Assembly: GCA_944384745.1 (NCBI GenBank)
Contig: CALWUO010000001.1
Coordinates: 13,975-77,974, forward strand
From: an uncultured Butyricicoccus sp.
Lineage (GTDB): Bacteria > Bacillota > Clostridia > Oscillospirales > Butyricicoccaceae
DNA length: 64,000 bases
Reading direction: 5' to 3'
This document shows, piece after piece, positions 56,387 through 64,000 of this stretch. Every line of letters starts with the position of its first letter. The stretch's first letter is position 1. The notes under the pieces are model-generated. The model searched no databases, was not told where the DNA came from, and saw only the letters and a list, made by a program, of their open reading frames with translations. The translations under genes were made by a program, and so were the position numbers.

Positions 56387-56812
56387 ATGGCACAGAAAGT
56401 AGTAGGTTATATTAAGCTCCAGATTCCAGCAGGTAAGGCAACACCAGCTCCACCAGTTGGCCCTGCTCTGGGTCAGCATGGTGTAAACATCATGTCCTTC
56501 ACCAAGGAATTCAACGAGCGTACTAAAAACGATGCAGGTCTTATTATCCCTGTAGTTATCACAGTTTATGCTGACCGTTCATTCAGCTTTGTTACCAAGA
56601 CTCCACCAGCTCCAGTTCTTATCAAGAAGGCTTGTAAGATTGAGTCTGGTTCTGCAGTTCCTAACAAGACTAAGGTAGCTAAGATTTCTAAGGAAGACGT
56701 TCAGAAGATTGCTGAAATGAAAATGCCTGACCTCAACGCTGCTTCTCTTGAGGCTGCTATGAGCATGATTGCAGGCACTTGCCGTTCTATGGGTATCACC
56801 GTAGAAGAGTAA
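56387..56812 (+). CDS. rplK: 50S ribosomal protein L11
   Basis: [28 protein letters not shown] signature. Confidence 0.95.
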   Translation: MAQKVVGYIKLQIPAGKATPAPPVGPALGQHGVNIMSFTKEFNERTKNDAGLIIPVVITVYADRSFSFVTKTPPAPVLIKKACKIESGSAVPNKTKVAKISKEDVQKIAEMKMPDLNAASLEAAMSMIAGTCRSMGITVEE

Positions 56813-56919
56813 GTTTTTTAAAACTGAAGTTTTATAATTATTTATTGTTATGTGCGGTTTAAATCACCGCTATAAGTGGGAGGGTTATTCCCGCATTACC
56901 ACTCAAGGAGGATATTATT

Positions 56920-57615
56920 GTGCGCAAAGGTAAAAAGTATATAGATAGTGCAAAACAGATTGACCGTACTAAGCTGTATGACCCATCTGAAGCATTATCT
57001 ACCGTTGTTTCTACTGCAAAGGCAAAGTTTGACGAAACCATCGAGCTGCACGTAAAGCTGGGTGTTGACTCCCGTCATGCTGACCAGCAGGTTCGTGGTG
57101 CTATCGTTCTGCCACATGGTACTGGTAAGCAGGTTCGTGTGCTTGTATTCGCTAAGGGCCCTAAGGCTGATGAAGCTGTTGCTGCTGGTGCTGAGTACGT
57201 TGGTGCAGAAGAAATGGTTTCTAAAATCCAGAATGAAAACTTCTTCGATTACGATGTAGTAATCGCTACACCTGATATGATGGGTGTTGTAGGTCGTCTA
57301 GGTAAGGTTCTAGGTCCTAAGGGTCTTATGCCAAACCCTAAGGCTGGCACTGTTTCTATGGACGTTGCAAAGGCTGTTCAGGAGTCTAAGGCTGGTAAGA
57401 TTGAGTACCGTTTAGACAAGACTAACATCATTCACTGTCCAATCGGTAAGGCTTCTTTTGGTGCTGAAAAGTTACAAGAGAACTTTGAAGCTCTGATGGG
57501 TGCTATTATCAAGGCAAAGCCAGCTGCTGCTAAGGGTCAGTACGTTAAGTCCTGTGTAGTTGCTTCTACAATGGGTCCTGGCGTTAAGATTAATTCTGCT
57601 AAGTTAGGCGGCTAA
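56920..57615 (+). CDS. rplA: 50S ribosomal protein L1
   Basis: [19 protein letters not shown] signature; GTG start after an AAGGAGG SD. Confidence 0.95.
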   Translation: MRKGKKYIDSAKQIDRTKLYDPSEALSTVVSTAKAKFDETIELHVKLGVDSRHADQQVRGAIVLPHGTGKQVRVLVFAKGPKADEAVAAGAEYVGAEEMVSKIQNENFFDYDVVIATPDMMGVVGRLGKVLGPKGLMPNPKAGTVSMDVAKAVQESKAGKIEYRLDKTNIIHCPIGKASFGAEKLQENFEALMGAIIKAKPAAAKGQYVKSCVVASTMGPGVKINSAKLGG

Positions 57616-57630
57616 TTTATAGCTATTTAC

Positions 57631-57666
57631 AAACCACTTACATTTATTTGTAGGTGGTTTTTTTAT
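57631..57666 (+). terminator. terminator after rplA
   Basis: 12-bp stem AAACCACTTACA/TGTAGGTGGTTT followed by a T-run. Confidence 0.75.
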
Positions 57667-57807
57667 ATATCAAATGTCCATGAGAGAAAGACAAAGTGTA
57701 TATATGTGCGTGAAAACAAATAAAAAGTGCAAAATCACCCTTTTAAAAGATAAAAAAGTATGATATAATACATGTATTGTGAAAAAAATAAAGGAGAGAA
57801 AGTTTAG

Positions 57808-59046
57808 ATGAAAGATTTATTAAAAAAATATAATGAAATAAGTCTTGTAAAACGTATTATATGCGGTCTTATTATTGGCGTGGTACTTGGTCTATTAATT
57901 CCTAACGTAACTGTAATCGCTTTATTAGGTGATTTATTCGTTGGTGCATTAAAGGCTGTTGCACCAATTCTTGTATTATTTCTAGTTATGAGTGCACTGG
58001 CAAAACATCAAGAGGGCAAACAAACAAATATGAAACGTGTTATTTTCCTCTATTTGCTTGGCACATTTTTAGCTGGTTTTGTGGCTGTTGTAGCAAGCTT
58101 TTTATTTCCACTTACATTAACACTTACTGAGTCTGCAAGCACTACAACTCCTCCAGGGGGTATTGGTGAGGTTTTAAAAACACTGCTTATGAACATTGTT
58201 GCAAACCCTGTTGATTCACTTGTTAATGCAAATTATATAGGCATTCTTGCTTGGGCTGTTTTAATGGGTATTGCACTTCGTAAAGCTCCAGAAGGTGTTA
58301 AAGTTGGTATTGAAGCTGTTGCAGATGCTATTTCACAGATTGTACGCTGGATTATCAGTTTAGCTCCTTTTGGTGTAATGGGTCTTGTATTTAATACAAT
58401 TTCTCAGCAGGGAATTAATTCACTTATTAGTTATGGTAAGCTAATCCTTTTAATAGTTGGTACAATGGCTTTTGTAGCTTTGGTTGTAAACCCTATTATT
58501 GCTTTTATTGCTATTCGCAAAAATCCATATCCACTTGTGCTTAAATGTCTAAAGGATAGTGGTATAACCGCTTTCTTTACACGTTCTTCTGCGGCAAATA
58601 TACCTGTTAATATGCGTTTATGTGCAGAACTTGGTTTAAACAAAGATACTTATGCGGTTTCTATTCCTCTGGGTGCTACAATAAATATGGGTGGTGCAGC
58701 GGTAACTATTTCTATTTTATCTCTTGCCGCAGCTAATACAATGGGTATACAAGTGGATTTTGCTTCTGCTCTTATACTAAGCCTATTGTCTGCTATTTCG
58801 GCTTGTGGTGCTTCTGGTGTTGCAGGTGGTTCATTATTGCTTGTGCCTTTGGCTTGTAGTTTATTCGGCATACCTAATGATATTGCAATGCAGGTTGTAG
58901 GTGTTGGATTTATTGTAGGCGTTATTCAAGACTCCTGTGAAACTGCTATTAACTCATCTACTGATGTACTTTATACAGCCATTGCTGAACTTTCTCAAAA
59001 TAGAGAAAAGAAAATTAAAATCAACAAAAATACCGTTTCTGAATAA
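57808..59046 (+). CDS. sstT: serine/threonine transporter SstT (dicarboxylate/amino acid:cation symporter family)
   Basis: 412-aa polytopic protein; SstT-like N-terminus ([17 protein letters not shown]) and a DAACS-type core. Confidence 0.75.
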   Translation: MKDLLKKYNEISLVKRIICGLIIGVVLGLLIPNVTVIALLGDLFVGALKAVAPILVLFLVMSALAKHQEGKQTNMKRVIFLYLLGTFLAGFVAVVASFLFPLTLTLTESASTTTPPGGIGEVLKTLLMNIVANPVDSLVNANYIGILAWAVLMGIALRKAPEGVKVGIEAVADAISQIVRWIISLAPFGVMGLVFNTISQQGINSLISYGKLILLIVGTMAFVALVVNPIIAFIAIRKNPYPLVLKCLKDSGITAFFTRSSAANIPVNMRLCAELGLNKDTYAVSIPLGATINMGGAAVTISILSLAAANTMGIQVDFASALILSLLSAISACGASGVAGGSLLLVPLACSLFGIPNDIAMQVVGVGFIVGVIQDSCETAINSSTDVLYTAIAELSQNREKKIKINKNTVSE

Positions 59047-59070
59047 AATACAAAAATATAAAAAAAGTGC

Positions 59071-59098
59071 TTGACTTTTAAAAAAACTGTGTTATACT
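59071..59098 (+). promoter_or_regulatory. sigma-A promoter of rplJL
   Basis: TTGACT, 16-nt spacer, extended -10 TGtTATACT. Confidence 0.65.
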
Positions 59099-59104
59099 AA
59101 AAGA

Positions 59105-59250
59105 GCTTGGTCAAAGACAGTTGGTAGCCATGGGGCTTTAAAGATTTGATATCACCAGCCGAGGTCAGTGCACATATGATTTTGTTAATTTGTGTGTCCT
59201 CTTTTGTCTTTGTACAAGAGGACATTTTATTTTTCTGGAGGTGAAACAAG
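59105..59250 (+). promoter_or_regulatory. ribosomal protein L10 leader (autoregulatory 5' UTR) with an attenuator hairpin
   Basis: Structured UTR of about 145 nt before rplJ, ending in stem TGTCCTCTT/AAGAGGACA (59195-59224) plus TTTTATTTTT. Confidence 0.55.
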
Positions 59251-59811
59251 ATGCCTAACGCAAAGATTCTGGAAGAAAAGAAGGCTCTGGTCGCTTCTTT
59301 GATAGAGAAAATCAAGAACTCCCCAGCAGGCGTTCTAGTTGATTACAAGGGCATTAACGTTGAAGATGACACTAAGCTCCGTCGTGAGCTGCGTGCTGCA
59401 GGCGTTGAGTATGCTGTTATCAAGAACACCATGATCCGTTTTGCTGCTAAGGAACTCGGTTTCGATTTATTCGACGAACACCTTAACGGTACTACTGCTC
59501 TGGCTATCAGCACTAATGACGATGTTGTTTCTGCTGCTAAAATTCTTAATGATTATGCCAAGAAGCATGACAATTTTAAAATCAAGGCTGGTTATCTAGA
59601 AGGTGAAGCAATCCCTGCTTCTGAGGTTCTGAAACTAGCTGAGATGCCAAGCCGTGAAGGCCTCATCGCTCAGGTTCTGTACGGTTTCAACTTCCCTATC
59701 ACTCAGCTTGTTATCGCTCTCGATAACATCGCTAAGAAAACTGAGGATGGCGAAGCTCTAGTATCTACTCTGGTAGCTCCTAAGGAAGCTGCTGAGGAAA
59801 CTGCTGAATAA
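59251..59811 (+). CDS. rplJ: 50S ribosomal protein L10
   Basis: Typical L10 sequence; GGAGGTG SD; followed by rplL. Confidence 0.95.
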   Translation: MPNAKILEEKKALVASLIEKIKNSPAGVLVDYKGINVEDDTKLRRELRAAGVEYAVIKNTMIRFAAKELGFDLFDEHLNGTTALAISTNDDVVSAAKILNDYAKKHDNFKIKAGYLEGEAIPASEVLKLAEMPSREGLIAQVLYGFNFPITQLVIALDNIAKKTEDGEALVSTLVAPKEAAEETAE

Positions 59812-59868
59812 TTTAAAGCAGTTCGACACTTTTATTTATTTAATTTAAAAAATTGGAGGTTTACTACC

Positions 59869-60237
59869 ATGACTATTGCTGAGATTATGGAAGCTGTAAA
59901 GAACCTTAAGGTTCTTGAGCTAGCTGAGCTGGTTAAGGCTCTTGAAGAAGAATTTGGCGTATCCGCTATGCCTGTTGCTGTTGCTGGTGCAGGTGCTGGT
60001 GCAGGTGCTGCTGCTGAGGAAGAGAAGACTGAGTTTGACGTAGAGTTAACTGATGCTGGTTCTTCTAAGATTAACGTTATCAAGGTTGTTCGTGCTATCA
60101 CCGGTCTTGGCCTGAAGGAAGCTAAGGAGAAGGTTGACGGTGCTCCTGCAATCATCAAGGAAGCTGCTTCTAAGGAAGATGCAGAGTCCATCAAGGCTCA
60201 GCTTGAAGAGGCTGGTGCTAAGGTAACTCTGAAGTAA
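59869..60237 (+). CDS. rplL: 50S ribosomal protein L7/L12
   Basis: Ala/Gly hinge and C-terminal domain [22 protein letters not shown]. Confidence 0.95.
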   Translation: MTIAEIMEAVKNLKVLELAELVKALEEEFGVSAMPVAVAGAGAGAGAAAEEEKTEFDVELTDAGSSKINVIKVVRAITGLGLKEAKEKVDGAPAIIKEAASKEDAESIKAQLEEAGAKVTLK

Positions 60238-60261
60238 TTTTACTTCATAGATGCAATTTAT

Positions 60262-60293
60262 AAATCCAAGGTTTTTCGCCTTGGATTTTTTTG
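60262..60293 (+). terminator. terminator after rplL
   Basis: Stem AAATCCAAGG/CCTTGGATTT followed by a T-run. Confidence 0.8.
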
Positions 60294-60398
60294 TTGTCAA
60301 AAAAACGTAAGAATTGTGCTATAAAATCTTATATAGATTGATTTTGTAATGTATATTTGGTAAAATAGGTTAGATTGTCTAAAAGGAGAAAAAAGTTT

Positions 60399-61787
60399 AT
60401 GCTATTTAGTAGCTCTATTTTTTTGTTTCTTTTTTTACCAGCACTTCTTTTGGTATATTTTTTAATACCATCAAAATTTCGTGAAACTAGAAACAATGTA
60501 TTATTACTTGCAAGTTTAGGCTTTTATGCTTGGGGTGAACCCGTTTTCGTATTTGTAATGATTTTATCTATTATGATAAATTATATATGTGGCTTTATAG
60601 CAGTAAAACATAAACGAATAGGCATAATTTTAGCAAGTATTATCGGTCTTGGACTGCTTATTTATTATAAATACACAATTTTATTAGTAAGCAGTGCTAA
60701 TAGTGTATTTGGTTTAAATTTACCTGTGCCAGAGATTGTGTTACCTATCGGCATTTCTTTCTTCACTTTTCAGGGTTTAAGTTATGTTATTGATGTTGCA
60801 AGAGGTGATGCACCTGTACAGAAAAACCCTTTGCATGTAGCTTTATATGTAGCACTTTTTCCACAGCTTATCGCAGGACCTATTGTTAGATATCAAACGG
60901 TAGCAGATGAGATTTCTAATAGACATGAAAATATAACTGAAGCCGCTGAGGGTGCAAGAAGATTTATGTTAGGGCTTGCTAAAAAAATGCTGATTTCAAA
61001 TGCTATGGGACAAATTGCTGATGATGTTTTTGCAATGACTTCATCACAGTTAACTTGGGATATAGCTTGGATTGGTGCTTTTGCTTATACTATGCAAATT
61101 TATTTTGATTTCTCTGGTTATTCAGATATGGCTATCGGTTTAGGCAAAATATTTGGTTTTCATTTCCTTGAAAACTTTAACTACCCATATATATCACAAA
61201 GCATAACCGAATTTTGGAGAAGATGGCATATTTCACTTTCAACTTGGTTTAGAGATTATGTTTATATACCATTGGGTGGAAATCGTTGTTCTAAACCTAG
61301 ATGGTTATTTAATATACTAGCCGTTTGGATGTTAACGGGTATTTGGCATGGTGCTGCATGGAATTTTCTATTATGGGGACTTTATTTTGGTGTTATACTT
61401 ATTATAGAAAAAGTAGTTTTAAATAAACTTTTAGAACGCCTACCAAGCGTTATAAGATGGATTTATTCATTTTTCTTAATTATGATTGGTTGGGTAATAT
61501 TTAGGTCTGAGTCATTATCACAAATATTATGGTATATAAAGGCGATGTTTACTCCATCAACACAAATAAATAGACTTACATATTATATGTTAAACCAGTA
61601 TAATGTAGAACTTATTGCCGCTTGTATATGCAGTATACCAGTTGTAAAATGGTTTAGAAAGAAAGAACAACAATATGGTGGTTTATTAACAATAGGTGAA
61701 AATATTTGGGCTATGGCTATGTTTGGTTTATCTGTTGTTTGGCTTATCAGCTCATCTTTTAACCCATTTATATATTTCAGATTTTAA
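60399..61787 (+). CDS. MBOAT-family membrane O-acyltransferase (AlgI/DltB-like)
   Basis: FWRRWHISLSTWFRDYVYIPLGGNR motif with the conserved His; start set at the ATG after an AAAGGAG SD. Confidence 0.85.
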   Translation: MLFSSSIFLFLFLPALLLVYFLIPSKFRETRNNVLLLASLGFYAWGEPVFVFVMILSIMINYICGFIAVKHKRIGIILASIIGLGLLIYYKYTILLVSSANSVFGLNLPVPEIVLPIGISFFTFQGLSYVIDVARGDAPVQKNPLHVALYVALFPQLIAGPIVRYQTVADEISNRHENITEAAEGARRFMLGLAKKMLISNAMGQIADDVFAMTSSQLTWDIAWIGAFAYTMQIYFDFSGYSDMAIGLGKIFGFHFLENFNYPYISQSITEFWRRWHISLSTWFRDYVYIPLGGNRCSKPRWLFNILAVWMLTGIWHGAAWNFLLWGLYFGVILIIEKVVLNKLLERLPSVIRWIYSFFLIMIGWVIFRSESLSQILWYIKAMFTPSTQINRLTYYMLNQYNVELIAACICSIPVVKWFRKKEQQYGGLLTIGENIWAMAMFGLSVVWLISSSFNPFIYFRF

Positions 61788-61802
61788 GAAAGGTGAATAC
61801 TT

Positions 61803-62981
61803 ATGCGAAAAATTTGTAATTATATATTTTTAGCTGTTTTTGGCATTATTTTATTACTTGTACCAGCATTAAGTATTGTTATGCCTAAAGAAATAGCTTC
61901 TCTTTATGAAAACCGTATGCTTGAAACCAAACCAGAATTTTCTATTCAAAACGTTGTAAACGGTGAGTATTTTTCGGGCTGGGATAGCTATTTTAGTGAC
62001 CATATAGTTGGAAGAACAACACTTTTGAAATTATATTCGGGTATTCAGCTTGCTTTGCCAAGAGTTCAAGTTAATAATGTAATAGAAAGTGAAACAGGTG
62101 CACTTTTAAATAAAACGGATTATGAAAAATTTAATCTTGAATTTGAAAAAGAAAACATGGATAATAAAACTGAAATAATTAAAGATGTAGCTGAATATGT
62201 TGAAAATTCAGGGGCTATTTATTGTTATGTAGGTATTCCAGAGCAAAGATATATATATTATGACGAATATCCAGAATATATGAAAATGGGGACTAAATTA
62301 GTAACATATGCTGAAGAACGTATATTTGATGCTTTAAATCAGACAAATGCTGTTAGCGTTAATATGAGACCAGCATTTGAAAACACTCAAAATCCAAAAG
62401 ATTATTATTTATCTATTGATACACATTATAATTTTGATGGTGCTTTACTTACATATAGAACACTTATGCAGGCAATAAATGAAAAGCTTGAAACGCCTAT
62501 GAAAATTTATAGTGATGATGAACTTGTATTTCATGTTTCAGATAAAGAGCTTATAGGTGCTCAAAGCCGTGCAATATGCAATCTGCAAAAAAGAAAAGAG
62601 TATGCAAAATGGGCAGAACCAGCTCAAAGTATTGAGTTTACAAGAATGGATAATGGAATAGCTAGTGAACCATTTGTATATAAACAAACATCAGAGCAAT
62701 ATTCTGCTTATGGCGATTATATGTCTGGAGATATGGGAGAAACTATAATTAAAACAAATCAAACAGATAAACCTAAAGTGCTTATGTATGGCGATTCATT
62801 TACTAATCCACTTGAAATGTTAGTTTATGCATCTTGCAGTGAGTTTCGCTCGCTTGATTTTAGACATTATGATGATATGACATTATATGAATATATAGAT
62901 ATGTATAAGCCTGATATTGTAATTGCAGTAAGAGATAGTATTTCTTATAATATGTCTGAAGGCAATGGACAGTATTGTTAA
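61803..62981 (+). CDS. AlgJ/AlgX-like (DHHW-family) partner protein of the MBOAT acyltransferase
   Basis: N-terminal TM anchor; gene pairing typical of MBOAT plus periplasmic acyl-transfer partner; no exact motif verified. Confidence 0.5.
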   Translation: MRKICNYIFLAVFGIILLLVPALSIVMPKEIASLYENRMLETKPEFSIQNVVNGEYFSGWDSYFSDHIVGRTTLLKLYSGIQLALPRVQVNNVIESETGALLNKTDYEKFNLEFEKENMDNKTEIIKDVAEYVENSGAIYCYVGIPEQRYIYYDEYPEYMKMGTKLVTYAEERIFDALNQTNAVSVNMRPAFENTQNPKDYYLSIDTHYNFDGALLTYRTLMQAINEKLETPMKIYSDDELVFHVSDKELIGAQSRAICNLQKRKEYAKWAEPAQSIEFTRMDNGIASEPFVYKQTSEQYSAYGDYMSGDMGETIIKTNQTDKPKVLMYGDSFTNPLEMLVYASCSEFRSLDFRHYDDMTLYEYIDMYKPDIVIAVRDSISYNMSEGNGQYC

Positions 62982-63007
62982 TAAAATTTAAAGCTAGGAG
63001 AGATGAA

Positions 63008-64000
63008 GTGTGAATACGCTTATTGGGCGAATGACTCCAACCAAAATTATAGTAACTGGTTATTTGTCTATTATTTTGTGCGGTGCATTGTTGCTTATGT
63101 TGCCTATTTCAAGTCAGCAACATTTGGTAACACCATTTTTAAATGCATTATTTACTGCAACTTCTGCAACATGTGTTACTGGTCTTATTGTTTATGATAC
63201 TGCAACTCATTGGTCTTTATTTGGTCAAGTTATTATAATTATACTTATACAAATAGGCGGTTTAGGCTTTATTACAATGGCAACTATGATTGCGACTATC
63301 TCAAGACGTAGAATAGGTCTTAAATCCCGCTTTGTAATGCAAGAATCCATTGCAGCTCCTCAAATGGGCGGTATTGTTAGACTTACCCGCTTTGTTTTTA
63401 CAGTAACAATAGTTGTTGAAATAGTTGGTGCTGTTATTTTATCACTTAGATTTATACCAATGTTTGGATTTATAAAAGGCATTTGGTATGGTATTTTTCA
63501 CTCAATATCCGCTTTTTGTAATGCTGGTTTTGACCTTATGGGTTCTTACAGCGGTAAATTTACCTCTCTTATCGCTTTTGAGTCTGATTGGATTGTAAAT
63601 ATTGTTATTATGTCACTTATTGTGTTTGGCGGTCTTGGTTTTTATGTTTGGGAAGATTTATGGCTGCACAGAAAAGATAAAAAACATTTTTCATTGCAGA
63701 GTAAAGTCGTACTCTGTGCAACTGCAATTCTTATTATTGTACCAGCAATTCTTATTTTGATTTTCCAACATGGCAATATGGAAACAGGTCTTACAAGACC
63801 AGCTCAAGGGTTGGCTGCACTTTTTCAATCTGTTACAACTCGTACAGCTGGTTTTAATTCAGTAGGTCTTGACAAACTTGAACCAAATAGCCAACTACTT
63901 ATGATATTACTTATGTTAATAGGTGGTTCTCCAGGCTCTACCGCAGGTGGTATGAAAACAACCACTTTTGTTATACTATTGCTATGTATTCATGCAGTTA
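63008..64000 (+). CDS. TrkH/KtrB-family potassium transporter, 3'-truncated by the window end
   Basis: Hand translation from the GTG after a GGAGAG SD: VNTLIGRMTPTKIIVTGYLSIILCGALLLMLP...FTATSATCVTGL...; the frame stays open to position 64000. Confidence 0.75.

Noticed and set aside
59832-60194. A 120-aa minus-strand ORF antisense to rplL, rich in Ala and Ser
   Set aside because: It is the antisense shadow of the highly expressed L7/L12 gene. The same reasoning applies to 60046-60300.

Overview
This window looks like the chromosome of a low-GC Firmicute, probably a Clostridia-type spore former. Evidence is the mazG-yabO-yabP-yabQ-divIC-yabR block and SLH-anchored surface proteins. All protein calls rest on motifs read by eye in the supplied translations; no database search was run. 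Most of the window is core housekeeping: an LtaS-like protein, an rRNA m5C methyltransferase, type III glutamine synthetase, dapF-dapL, rpsF-ssb-rpsR, RNase J, birA, single-chain purL, rpe, recJ-rel-dtd, and rpmG-secE-nusG-rplKA, then sstT, then rplJL. The one clear accessory region is a visibly AT-richer integrative element of about 12.7 kb (about 9478-22128). It is inserted in a tRNA-Thr(CGU) gene and bounded by 41-bp direct repeats of the tRNA 5' half. All its genes are on the minus strand: a tyrosine integrase, three translationally coupled unknown genes, a secreted 634-aa protein preceded by a repeat-containing mini-ORF, an SLH-domain protein, a small serine recombinase, a SprT-like Zn-protease, and a Dam-like methyltransferase coupled to an unknown 237-aa gene. 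It also contains about 1.35 kb of gene-free DNA with phased short-repeat arrays, and a roughly 290-bp non-coding module present twice. The most unusual points are three. The tRNA insertion has 5'-half polarity, with an element-borne promoter for the rebuilt tRNA. The duplicated non-coding modules each begin with the same terminator and flank the methyltransferase cassette. The cargo consists entirely of unknown-function genes. Outside the island, a candidate small RNA lies antisense between yabR and an amidohydrolase gene. No CRISPR array, rRNA or transposase was seen.
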